Below, one piece after another: positions 24,782 through 32,000 of a stretch of 32,000 nucleotides of DNA. Each line of letters begins with the position of its first letter. The first letter of the stretch is position 1. Source of the DNA: Chlamydiota bacterium (GTDB lineage Bacteria; Auribacterota; JACPWU01); NCBI GenBank assembly GCA_016196885.1, contig JACPWU010000025.1, positions 1 through 32,000 of the forward strand. Direction: 5' to 3'. The notes under the pieces are model-generated. The model saw only the letters and a list, made by a program, of their open reading frames with translations, was not told where the DNA came from and ran no database searches. Both the position numbers and the translations under genes were made by a program.

Positions 24782-27496
24782 ATGACCAAAGCCAATTCAG
24801 GTCCATCTTCTTTCAAATCTTTTCTGTCGGACAGTTTTTATGTTCTGACACTCTTTTTTCTTCCTTTCATCCGATACGGAAAAATGATGGCTTCCTGTCT
24901 TGCGGGTCCGTTATTTTCAACAGCAGACATGAGTGGCATCCATTCCAACCAGCTCTTCTTTTTTGAAAATTTAAAGAGAGGAATCCTATCCCTCTGGAAT
25001 TCCCATGTCTCTTCAGGATTTCCCATTTTTGGAGATATTCAAAATGCCCTTTTTTATCCGCTTCAGGGTCTTTTTTTCCTATTGATGAAACAAGGCGTGT
25101 TGAAACTTCATGCAATGCAAATGATGGAAATTTTTCATTACTCCTTGGCCGGAATTTTTTCTTATGTTTGCGCTCGCTCTTTCAAATGGAGTCGTTTCGC
25201 CTCATTTGTTACAGGTCTTTCCTACATGTTCTCAGGTTTCTTGTGGGCCCATGGAGCTCAGGCAAATACGGTAGAGGCTGCTGCTTGGCTGCCTCTGATT
25301 TTTATGTGTATGCATCAAGCATTCGAGAAAAAAAGTTTTGGTCACGCCCTCGCTTGTGGTTTCGCATGGGCCCTTTCCTTCCTGGCGGGGGATTCCCAAG
25401 GTACCTTTTGTGTTTTTTTCTTTCTGGGGCTTTATTTTATTTTTCAGTGCGTTTGGGAAATAGGAGACCGTGGATTTTCAATGAGGATTCTTTCATATCC
25501 TTTCCTTTTTGGCCTTGTAGGATTGACCTTTATGGGTGTTGCAGCCATTCAGCTCTTACCCTCTCTTGAATGGGCGAGGAGGGCCTCACCCCTTTCGCTT
25601 CCTTTTTCGAACCTCACGGCGCTTTCTCTGAAACCCCGTTATTTCCTCAGTTTTCTCATTCCCTTTTTTGTCCCGGATGGGGAAATAGGATTAAAGGAGG
25701 GATACGTCTATTTGGGGCTTTTGCCGCCTTATTTTGCCTTTGCTTCTCTTCTGTATGTCAAAAAGGAAAGAAAAATCCTTTTTCTTGCCCTGATGGCTCT
25801 TTTGTCTTTTTTCTTGTCAATGGGGAGCGATAGTTTCATCCATTTTCTTTTCTATCGTTTCATTCCGGGGAGTTCTTTTTTTTCACCTCCTCGATTTATT
25901 TTTCTCTTCAGTTTTTGCGCGGCCCTTCTGGCGGGATGTGGGATAGAATTTCTCATTCGAGAAAAAGGAAGGCTGCCCTTCTTAAGTTTACTTTTAGGGG
26001 GGCTTGGCATCTCTCTAGGAGTAGGGTTCTGGATTCAAATTTCAGGAGGGCCTCTTTCAAGAGGGGATTTGCTGGATCGTTATTATTTATTCCTTCTTGT
26101 TTTGGCGCTTTCCTGTTTGGCCTTAAAAGTTTTTGAGAAGGGAAAATCTTCCCGAGGGAGCCTCTTCTTCCTGACTTTTATTTTGCTCTTTGATTTGTTG
26201 AGTGCGACCTCCTCCTTTCAAAAAACTGAAAGTACTTTGTCTTGTCCCATCTCAAATTCTCACGATTTTTTGCAAGGATCTCGGGGTCTTTTCCGTGTCA
26301 AAGATGAAATCGGACTTTGGAAGCCTCTGAGGGATGAACAGGCTCCTCTCATGGACCGTGTGGAAGGGAATGAGGAGAGTTCTGCACGTTTAGATTTATA
26401 TTCTCGTTTCCTCGCAAAAACCGTTGAGAACGCCCGGCTTCTGGATTTCTTGAACACCCGATTCTGGGTGACGTCAGACGAGCCTATGAATGAGTCCTGG
26501 TCAAAAAAATATCGTCGGGTCAAATTGAGTCGCATTCATTCCAGAAAAGAATTAGAAATTCACTGGCCTCGAGAAAAGGATGTCATAAACTCTATTCAGC
26601 TCGTTTCTTGTTTAGAAAATGCCCAGGACATTCGTCAGGGGACAACCGTTGCTCAATTACAAATAGTAGATCATAAGGGTAAATTCTACACCTTCCCCAT
26701 ACGGGCAGGACTAGAGGCGTCCGAGGGGATGTATGATCGCCCGGATATTTTTTTGAAAATCAAGCACCATCGAACCCTGATTGCCTCTTCCTCAAATGTC
26801 GAGGGAGAAACTTATCAGGCCCATCAGTATCTGGCGCATTTCGATCTTCCGAAACCGATTCGGCCTGTGAGGGCTGTTTTTCATTATCTTGTTGCCGAGG
26901 GTGATTGGATGGTTCAGTCGGTGACGTTGAATGATGTGAATATTTTTGACTCCAAAGATCGTTTCAAGAAAGTGGCCCCTCAAGTTTTTGAAAATCAATA
27001 TGTCCTGCCGCGCGCATTTTTAGTCCCCCGGGCAGAAGTGATTCCGAGTAAAGAAGATATTGAAAAAGAGCTTTGTGATTTAGAACCCTCTGAAACGGTT
27101 CTGCTTTCGAAAGCGCCGCCAGGCTATGTTCCTCTTCCCCTTATTTCTGAAAACTCAAAAAAGACAGAGGTTGAAATTAAGAAGTATTCTCCTGAAGAAA
27201 TTTTGCTTGAAACAGATTGCCTTCGTCAGGTTTTTTTAGTCATAAGCGAGAATTTTTATCCAGGATGGAAAGCGGAAGTAGACGGCCAAAAAGCGGAAAT
27301 TTACCAGGCCAATCTTTCTTTCAGAGCCCTGCTTTTAGAGAAAGGCAAACATACCATTCGAATGGTTTTTCACCCGGCCTCATTTAAGTGGGGATTAAGA
27401 CTTTCTCTGGGCTCTCTTTCTTTTTTAGGGCTTTATGCGATTTTTTCTCTTCTGATGAAGAGACGTTGGGCGTCCCATTTAAAATCCGAGTCCTAA
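24782..27496 (+). CDS. YfhO-family polytopic membrane protein (GT-C-type glycosyltransferase)
   Basis: 904 aa with many N-terminal TM segments, a large extracytoplasmic domain, the C-terminal signature NFYPGWKAEVDGQKAEIYQANLSFRALLLEKGKHTIRMVF and a final TM helix. Confidence 0.75.
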   Translation: MTKANSGPSSFKSFLSDSFYVLTLFFLPFIRYGKMMASCLAGPLFSTADMSGIHSNQLFFFENLKRGILSLWNSHVSSGFPIFGDIQNALFYPLQGLFFLLMKQGVLKLHAMQMMEIFHYSLAGIFSYVCARSFKWSRFASFVTGLSYMFSGFLWAHGAQANTVEAAAWLPLIFMCMHQAFEKKSFGHALACGFAWALSFLAGDSQGTFCVFFFLGLYFIFQCVWEIGDRGFSMRILSYPFLFGLVGLTFMGVAAIQLLPSLEWARRASPLSLPFSNLTALSLKPRYFLSFLIPFFVPDGEIGLKEGYVYLGLLPPYFAFASLLYVKKERKILFLALMALLSFFLSMGSDSFIHFLFYRFIPGSSFFSPPRFIFLFSFCAALLAGCGIEFLIREKGRLPFLSLLLGGLGISLGVGFWIQISGGPLSRGDLLDRYYLFLLVLALSCLALKVFEKGKSSRGSLFFLTFILLFDLLSATSSFQKTESTLSCPISNSHDFLQGSRGLFRVKDEIGLWKPLRDEQAPLMDRVEGNEESSARLDLYSRFLAKTVENARLLDFLNTRFWVTSDEPMNESWSKKYRRVKLSRIHSRKELEIHWPREKDVINSIQLVSCLENAQDIRQGTTVAQLQIVDHKGKFYTFPIRAGLEASEGMYDRPDIFLKIKHHRTLIASSSNVEGETYQAHQYLAHFDLPKPIRPVRAVFHYLVAEGDWMVQSVTLNDVNIFDSKDRFKKVAPQVFENQYVLPRAFLVPRAEVIPSKEDIEKELCDLEPSETVLLSKAPPGYVPLPLISENSKKTEVEIKKYSPEEILLETDCLRQVFLVISENFYPGWKAEVDGQKAEIYQANLSFRALLLEKGKHTIRMVFHPASFKWGLRLSLGSLSFLGLYAIFSLLMKRRWASHLKSES

Positions 27497-28514
27497 TCTT
27501 GCTGCAAATCCCTGTAAAAGGATATTGAGATAGCTCGATAGATTTTACCCATTTGTAATTTTTTGACGGAATTTTGCCTTTTACCCATCGGCCTAAATAA
27601 ATATCAAGAGATTCTATGAGATGGGTGTAAACATGTTTCACTTGTCTTATTTTTTCTCCTGCTGAAATTAAAATACCTATTTCTTGATGTGAATATTTTT
27701 GAAGTAATTTTGATCCTTCTTTTTTTTCTGAGACGCGAAAGTTAGGAAATTCCCAAAGGCCTCCCAAAAGACCTTTCAGAGGTCTCTGATGAATTAAAAT
27801 TTTGTCTTCTTTCCAAATGATGCCTCCCACTGTTTTAATCGCTTTTTGTACAACGCGTTTCATCAGGGGAGGGTAATCAGCTTGGAGCCCTTTTGCAAAG
27901 GCCTGGCAATTTTTTTGGAGAGGACAAATCAGACACTGCGGATTCTGGGGGGTACAGATTGTTGCCCCTAACTCCATCATGGCTTGATTAAAATCTCCCG
28001 CTCTTCCGTGAGCCAAGATTTTTTCCGCCTGTTCTTGAATTTTATCTTTGTCATCTGGGGTGAGAAAAAGTCGTGAAATGACACGTCGAACATTCCCGTC
28101 TACAACAGGTGTGTCTTCATCAAACGCAATGCTGGCAATAGCACTTGCGGTGTAGGGGCCAATCCCTGAAAGTTGAATCAATTCTTGTGCCGATGTGGGA
28201 ATTTTCCCCTGATATTTTTGAACAATTTCTTGTGCCGCCTTGTGAAAGTTTCGTGCTCTTGCGTAATAGCCAAGTCCTTCCCAAAAAGGGAGAATATCAT
28301 CCACTGTGGCCTGAGCCAGTTTTTGAATCGAAGGAAACCTTTTCATCCACCGCTCATAATAAGGAATCACGGTCTGAACTTGCGTTTGCTGAAGCATAAT
28401 CTCCGAGACCCAAATGGCATAAGGATCTTTCGTTCGCCGCCAAGGGAGGTCCCGCTTATGCTGGTCGTACCAGGAAAGAAGAGAGTGTTGGATATTTTGG
28501 GTGTTTTGCGACAT
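27384..28514 (-). CDS. mutY: A/G-specific adenine DNA glycosylase MutY
   Basis: 376 aa with HhH-GPD (LSGIGPYTASAIASIAF), a 4Fe-4S loop (CTPQNPQCLICPLQKNC) and a NUDIX-like C-domain. The last ~36 aa form a Lys/Ser-rich tail that overlaps yfhO. Confidence 0.9.
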   Translation of the reverse strand: MSQNTQNIQHSLLSWYDQHKRDLPWRRTKDPYAIWVSEIMLQQTQVQTVIPYYERWMKRFPSIQKLAQATVDDILPFWEGLGYYARARNFHKAAQEIVQKYQGKIPTSAQELIQLSGIGPYTASAIASIAFDEDTPVVDGNVRRVISRLFLTPDDKDKIQEQAEKILAHGRAGDFNQAMMELGATICTPQNPQCLICPLQKNCQAFAKGLQADYPPLMKRVVQKAIKTVGGIIWKEDKILIHQRPLKGLLGGLWEFPNFRVSEKKEGSKLLQKYSHQEIGILISAGEKIRQVKHVYTHLIESLDIYLGRWVKGKIPSKNYKWVKSIELSQYPFTGICSKIRTRILNGTPNVSSSEEKKSHKALKKKESPEKVLIPT

Positions 28515-28607
28515 TTTTGGACCTCATTCTCACAAATTCATTTCTTTTTAGCTATGAGAAAATATATCTCTTTCTCTAAGAATAGGTTAAGAAAATAATT
28601 TTTTAGG

Positions 28608-28735
28608 TATATGCACTTGACTTAAAGATGTCGTCCATTTGTAGTCGCCCGATTTATCGGGCTATCCACGGATTGCCCCATGAATGGGGCGACTACACTT
28701 AACGGATCAAGGATATTTGAGTCAAGTGCATATGC
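28608..28735. mobile_element. MITE-like element carrying a REP doublet (copy D), with its core inverted relative to copy B
   Basis: TIRs are TATGCACTTGACT and AGTCAAGTGCATA. Sub-terminal flanks are co-oriented with copy B. The 56-bp core (28641-28696) matches the reverse complement of the copy B core at 54/56 positions, against 46/56 in direct orientation. Confidence 0.7.
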
Positions 28736-28802
28736 CTTTAATTTTTTTTGACTTTTTTGACTCGCTTTGTGTCTCTATATTTGTAACAAAGAGAGGGGCT
28801 CC

Positions 28803-31800
28803 ATGAATCATATTAAATACCTTCAAAAAGGGGTTTCTTTAGCCCTTTCTCTTTCCCTTCTTTTTTATGATGTCTCCTTGGGTTCGGCTCAAGAATCCCA
28901 GGGAATGTTGGCGCCTCTTCCTCTGGAAAAGGCCCATTCTGTTGAAAAGCTAAATCTAGATTTGAATCCATCTCTCAAAGAACTTCAAATTCCATCGGAG
29001 TTTGGAGAAGTGATTGAACGTGAGATTATCCCTGATCGGCCTCTTCTTTTTATTATTGAAGACATTCATTGTAATCCAGAGGCGCAAGAAAATATCAAAA
29101 GGATTTTAGAAATATTAGAAAAACAGGTAGAAAAAAAAGAAGGGATGGGTGATGGAGGAAGAATGAGGGAAGAAGGACGCGGGGGGAAGGACGCAAAAGA
29201 ACTTGAGTCGTCTATCGTCCATCGTCCATCCTCTCTTTTTCATGTCTTTTCTGAGGGAGCCGAAGGTCCCATGGAACTGTCTTTTTTTACCGCTTTCCCT
29301 GATAAGGATGCTCTTGCACGAGCTACTGAAAAATTCCTTCAGAAAAGTGACATGGACGGTGTGGAATCTTTTCTGGTGACAGAGGGGCCTGGGAAAACTG
29401 AGGGAGTAGGTGTTGAAGATTTAAAAGCCTATGTCAAAAATGTGGAGTACATGGGAGATTTTCTTGAAGAAAAGGAACTTCAAGAACATGTTTGGCAGAA
29501 TTTGGAAATGGTTTTTAGAAAGTTGAGGGAGAAAATTTATTCTAAGGCGTTAAAATTTTTTTTTGAACAAAAACAAAAATACAGTGACTTTAAAATAGAT
29601 CTCACCACTTATATTCAATCTCTTGAAAAAATATATCAAGAAACCTTTCAAAAAAAGTTTGGAGCTGAGAAGCCGTTTTTGAGGCGCTATCTCAAGCTTA
29701 ACCGCTTAGAGACGCGTCTTGACTCTAGCAGGATTGAACAGGAATATTTGAAGTTTCTTGAAACCTTAGAGAAGAAACTTCCTCAAGAAGAATCTGCTTT
29801 GATTCTTCGTCATGTCCTGGAGCGCAGATTAGGACGTGAAAGCGATCAAGATCATTATACCTTTTTGAGTCGATACGCTCATCTTGTTAAAGGAGCCGAG
29901 ATTCCAAATTTGAAATTGCTCTTCAGACAGATGAAACTTTTGAAAAAGCTTTCGTGGAAAGATCTGGAAGAAGAGATCCATCAAGTTGAAGCGGAGCTGA
30001 CCACGATTTTGACAAAGACAGAACAGGAAAAGAATTTGGTTGCCTTGGAAGGTGATTATGAAATTTTGAAACGAATTATGAGCTTGGAAGGAAAGAGAGA
30101 AGACATCAAAACCGTCTATCGTCACTCGTCGTCCGTAGATCGTACAGAAAACCGTTTCGTCACAGAATTTGTTGCCAAACTCAAAACTTTGTATCTACGA
30201 ACGACGAACGACGAGCAACGAACGACAGCTTTTGAATCCCCCGACTTCGGAGACATTTTTGAAAAGGCAGAAAAATTCTATTCGCAGGTTCTCGACCGCG
30301 ATGAAATTTTTATGAAGAATGCGCTTCATGTTCTTCAAGAGAAAAAGCTTTCTTATGCTGCTTTGGTGATGGGTGGTTTTCATACATCGGGAGTTGAAGA
30401 GACCCTTAAAAAGGCGCATATTGGCTATTGCGTGATTACTCCCCGAATGACTCATTCCGATGACCGAAGTGTTTATTATCAGAAAATGAAGGAAATATTT
30501 GAGGTTCTGGGGGGAATGGATGATGGCCTCAAGAATGCCTCTTTTCCCACACTGAAAAAGATTGCGCTTCATCATTTTATGACTCAAGCTCAGGCGATGG
30601 GCAGAGTGATGATTGAAGAAGCTAGAATTTTGCCCAAAGGTTTCTTTGATGCTTGGGAAAGCAAAGCCCAAGACCTTGCTTCTGTGATCGAAGCATTGGA
30701 AAAAAGCCATCCTGAATCGGCAACCGTTTCAGGAGGTGAGTTTACTCTACAAACCCTTTTAGATCTGACAGAGCTTTCAGCTCCTGAATTAAGAACCCTG
30801 CTTCAAGACAATCAAGTTCGCCCCTTTTTAGAACGTTACATTGAAAATCTTTTGGCGTTCTCCGGGCATGAAGGGAAAGATTGGCGAGTGCTTTTGGGAA
30901 ATGAAGAAGAGCCTCCTCAATTTCCTCCTTCAGGTGGAGGCATTGTAAGTGCGATTAGAAATTCAGGTGCAGGAAACTGGATGGTGCTTTTGGCCCTTTT
31001 ACCTTGGTTGTGGATGACGGCTTGTAAAGGAAATCGAGAGACAAGTTCAACTTCATTAGAACGCGCTCCGCCTGTCGCTTCACCCGTTCAAGCACCTCAG
31101 TCTTTAGAACTTCCGCCTATGCCAGCTTCAGAGCCCTCGGTTTCTCCTGAAAAGGTAGCTCCTGCATTGAATCTTCCGTCCATGCCCACTGAAAGCTCTA
31201 ATCAAACCATTATTCCAAATACCCAAGAGCTAAAAGATAGATTTTGGGCGCAGGAAAATGGGACGCTTCAGCTAAGTGTGGGCGCCGATGGTTGGGTGAC
31301 TTTGACTTATACACTCACAGGCGATTACCTAGGAACCAAAGTATCTATCCCAAGCGCTTTTCGAAACTCAGGTGTGATAGAAGTGGAAATGAAGGGTCCT
31401 GGATCTGTTGAAATTAAGCCGAATGATCAAGGAGGCCCCTTCGTCAGCGAAAACCAAAAACTTCAAGTTAATCCAAACGACTACGGAGGAAGTGTAAGCA
31501 GTCTGACTGTTGGCTTGGTGCAAAGTAAATTAGGAAACAGCAGTGGAACGGTCAAACTTCGCTTTGTTCATCGTCCTTCAGGTGGAGTCATTATTGCTCT
31601 TAAAGAGTGGATGTTAAAATACATCGTCCCCTTAAAATGGGCGCCCTCTTACGACACGCGCATTGCACCTCTCCTGGAAGAATTTCTTTTTGGATTGCCT
31701 CTTGTTGTTGTGAGTTTACTAGGTTTTGACCCTACTTGGGTCCTGGCAGCCAATTTTATTTCCAGATCTCTCTTCTTGCTTCCTCAACACCAAGGAGGGA

Positions 31801-32000
31801 GATGGATTGCAGGTTTAGTGGCTCTTTCGAGTTTTATCTTCACTTCAATTCCCATTTATTTTCATTTGTCGCTGATTGTTTTGCCCGTTGTATGGATGAT
31901 TGCTATTGCAATTCATACGAAAATCAATAAAGGTGACCAACCCAGATTCTTTTCTTCACGATTTTTACGGGCAGAGGCCGTTTTTTCTGCGGCTCTTCTT
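28803..32000 (+). CDS. Large multi-domain exported/membrane protein, 3'-truncated by the window end and not in the supplied ORF track
   Basis: I translated it manually from ATG 28803 (GAGGGG RBS) and found no stop in 1,066 codons through position 32000. It has a signal peptide (VSLALSLSLLFYDVSLGSAQE), an internal TM with a lipobox-like LWMTAC, a Pro-rich linker, and a terminal polytopic region with a PLLEEFLF motif. The track's minus-strand ORFs at 29829-30125 and 30195-30710 are shadows of this frame. Confidence 0.8.
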   Translation, partial: MNHIKYLQKGVSLALSLSLLFYDVSLGSAQESQGMLAPLPLEKAHSVEKLNLDLNPSLKELQIPSEFGEVIEREIIPDRPLLFIIEDIHCNPEAQENIKRILEILEKQVEKKEGMGDGGRMREEGRGGKDAKELESSIVHRPSSLFHVFSEGAEGPMELSFFTAFPDKDALARATEKFLQKSDMDGVESFLVTEGPGKTEGVGVEDLKAYVKNVEYMGDFLEEKELQEHVWQNLEMVFRKLREKIYSKALKFFFEQKQKYSDFKIDLTTYIQSLEKIYQETFQKKFGAEKPFLRRYLKLNRLETRLDSSRIEQEYLKFLETLEKKLPQEESALILRHVLERRLGRESDQDHYTFLSRYAHLVKGAEIPNLKLLFRQMKLLKKLSWKDLEEEIHQVEAELTTILTKTEQEKNLVALEGDYEILKRIMSLEGKREDIKTVYRHSSSVDRTENRFVTEFVAKLKTLYLRTTNDEQRTTAFESPDFGDIFEKAEKFYSQVLDRDEIFMKNALHVLQEKKLSYAALVMGGFHTSGVEETLKKAHIGYCVITPRMTHSDDRSVYYQKMKEIFEVLGGMDDGLKNASFPTLKKIALHHFMTQAQAMGRVMIEEARILPKGFFDAWESKAQDLASVIEALEKSHPESATVSGGEFTLQTLLDLTELSAPELRTLLQDNQVRPFLERYIENLLAFSGHEGKDWRVLLGNEEEPPQFPPSGGGIVSAIRNSGAGNWMVLLALLPWLWMTACKGNRETSSTSLERAPPVASPVQAPQSLELPPMPASEPSVSPEKVAPALNLPSMPTESSNQTIIPNTQELKDRFWAQENGTLQLSVGADGWVTLTYTLTGDYLGTKVSIPSAFRNSGVIEVEMKGPGSVEIKPNDQGGPFVSENQKLQVNPNDYGGSVSSLTVGLVQSKLGNSSGTVKLRFVHRPSGGVIIALKEWMLKYIVPLKWAPSYDTRIAPLLEEFLFGLPLVVVSLLGFDPTWVLAANFISRSLFLLPQHQGGRWIAGLVALSSFIFTSIPIYFHLSLIVLPVVWMIAIAIHTKINKGDQPRFFSSRFLRAEAVFSAALL
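29144..29235 (+). repeat. Intragenic palindrome built from 7-nt tandem repeats (site 1)
   Basis: Left array: GATGGGT GATGGAG GAAGAAT GAGGGAA GAAGGAC GCGGGGG GAAGGAC GCAAAAG. Right array: TCGTCTA TCGTCCA TCGTCCA TCCTCTC, which is the reverse-complement type of the left units. It encodes the low-complexity loop GMGDGGRMREEGRGGKDAKELESSIVHRPSS. Confidence 0.7.
30113..30227 (+). repeat. Intragenic palindrome built from 7-nt tandem repeats (site 2)
   Basis: Left array: CGTCTAT CGTCACT CGTCGTC CGTAGAT CGTACAG (30113-30147). Right array: ATCTACG AACGACG AACGACG AGCAACG AACGACA (30193-30227). The arms are mutually complementary, and the first unit CGTCTAT is shared with site 1. Confidence 0.7.

Noticed and set aside
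28741-28802. Promoter for the large ORF based on the duplicated TTGACT boxes and TATATT
   Set aside because: Spacer lengths (12 or 21 nt) do not fit a sigma70 promoter, so no promoter call was made.
29829-30710. Track ORFs 29829-30125 and 30195-30710 (minus strand)
   Set aside because: They are shadow frames antisense to the uninterrupted 28803-32000 plus-strand ORF. They have low-complexity, hydrophobic or His-rich composition and no RBS.
1-32000. CRISPR arrays, tRNA or rRNA genes, transposase, integrase or reverse-transcriptase genes
   Set aside because: No regularly spaced identical repeats with unique spacers were seen. There are no GGTTCGAATCC-type T-arm contexts forming cloverleaves. 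No ORF shows DDE, tyrosine-recombinase or RT motifs. The repeats present are non-autonomous REP/MITE types.

Overview
AT-rich bacterial chromosomal window. I saw no rRNA, tRNA or CRISPR array. All family calls come from reading motifs by eye; no searches were run.

(1) 1-3.9 kb, minus strand: a sulfur operon sits behind a clear SAM-I riboswitch with a terminator-type expression platform. It encodes a ThrC-like PLP enzyme, a MoaD/ThiS-like carrier, a NIL-domain protein, APS kinase and a D-2-hydroxyacid dehydrogenase. Two intercistronic spacers carry the same hairpin motif, starting at the TAG stop codons, with one compensatory base-pair change.

(2) 3.9-4.2 kb: an unassigned GC-rich element of about 300 nt, closed by a long-range stem of about 35 bp.

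(3) 4.3-8.5 kb: an AbrB/Phd-Doc TA pair, typA/bipA and a DUF4143-type AAA ATPase.

(4) 8.6-27.5 kb, plus strand: an envelope-glycan cluster.
- Sugar-nucleotide tailoring genes: a WbpP-like epimerase, an AsnB-like amidotransferase, an LbH acetyltransferase and a Gfo/Idh/MocA-SDR fusion.
- Transfer and membrane genes: GT4, a UPF0104 membrane protein, two GT2 enzymes, an ArnT-like GT-C carrying discoidin and TPR modules, and YfhO.
- A secreted repeat-plus-SGNH hydrolase with a C-terminal sorting-signal-like tail.
- The cluster is interrupted by a PIN/RHH pair, an orphan DUF433 gene and two families of REP/MITE-like repeats.

(5) mutY converges on yfhO with a 113-nt overlap.

(6) 28803 to the window end: an uninterrupted plus-strand ORF of at least 1,066 codons that is absent from the supplied ORF track. 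It has a signal peptide, an internal lipobox-like TM segment, a CPBP-like C-terminal membrane region, and two in-frame palindromes built from 7-nt tandem repeats.
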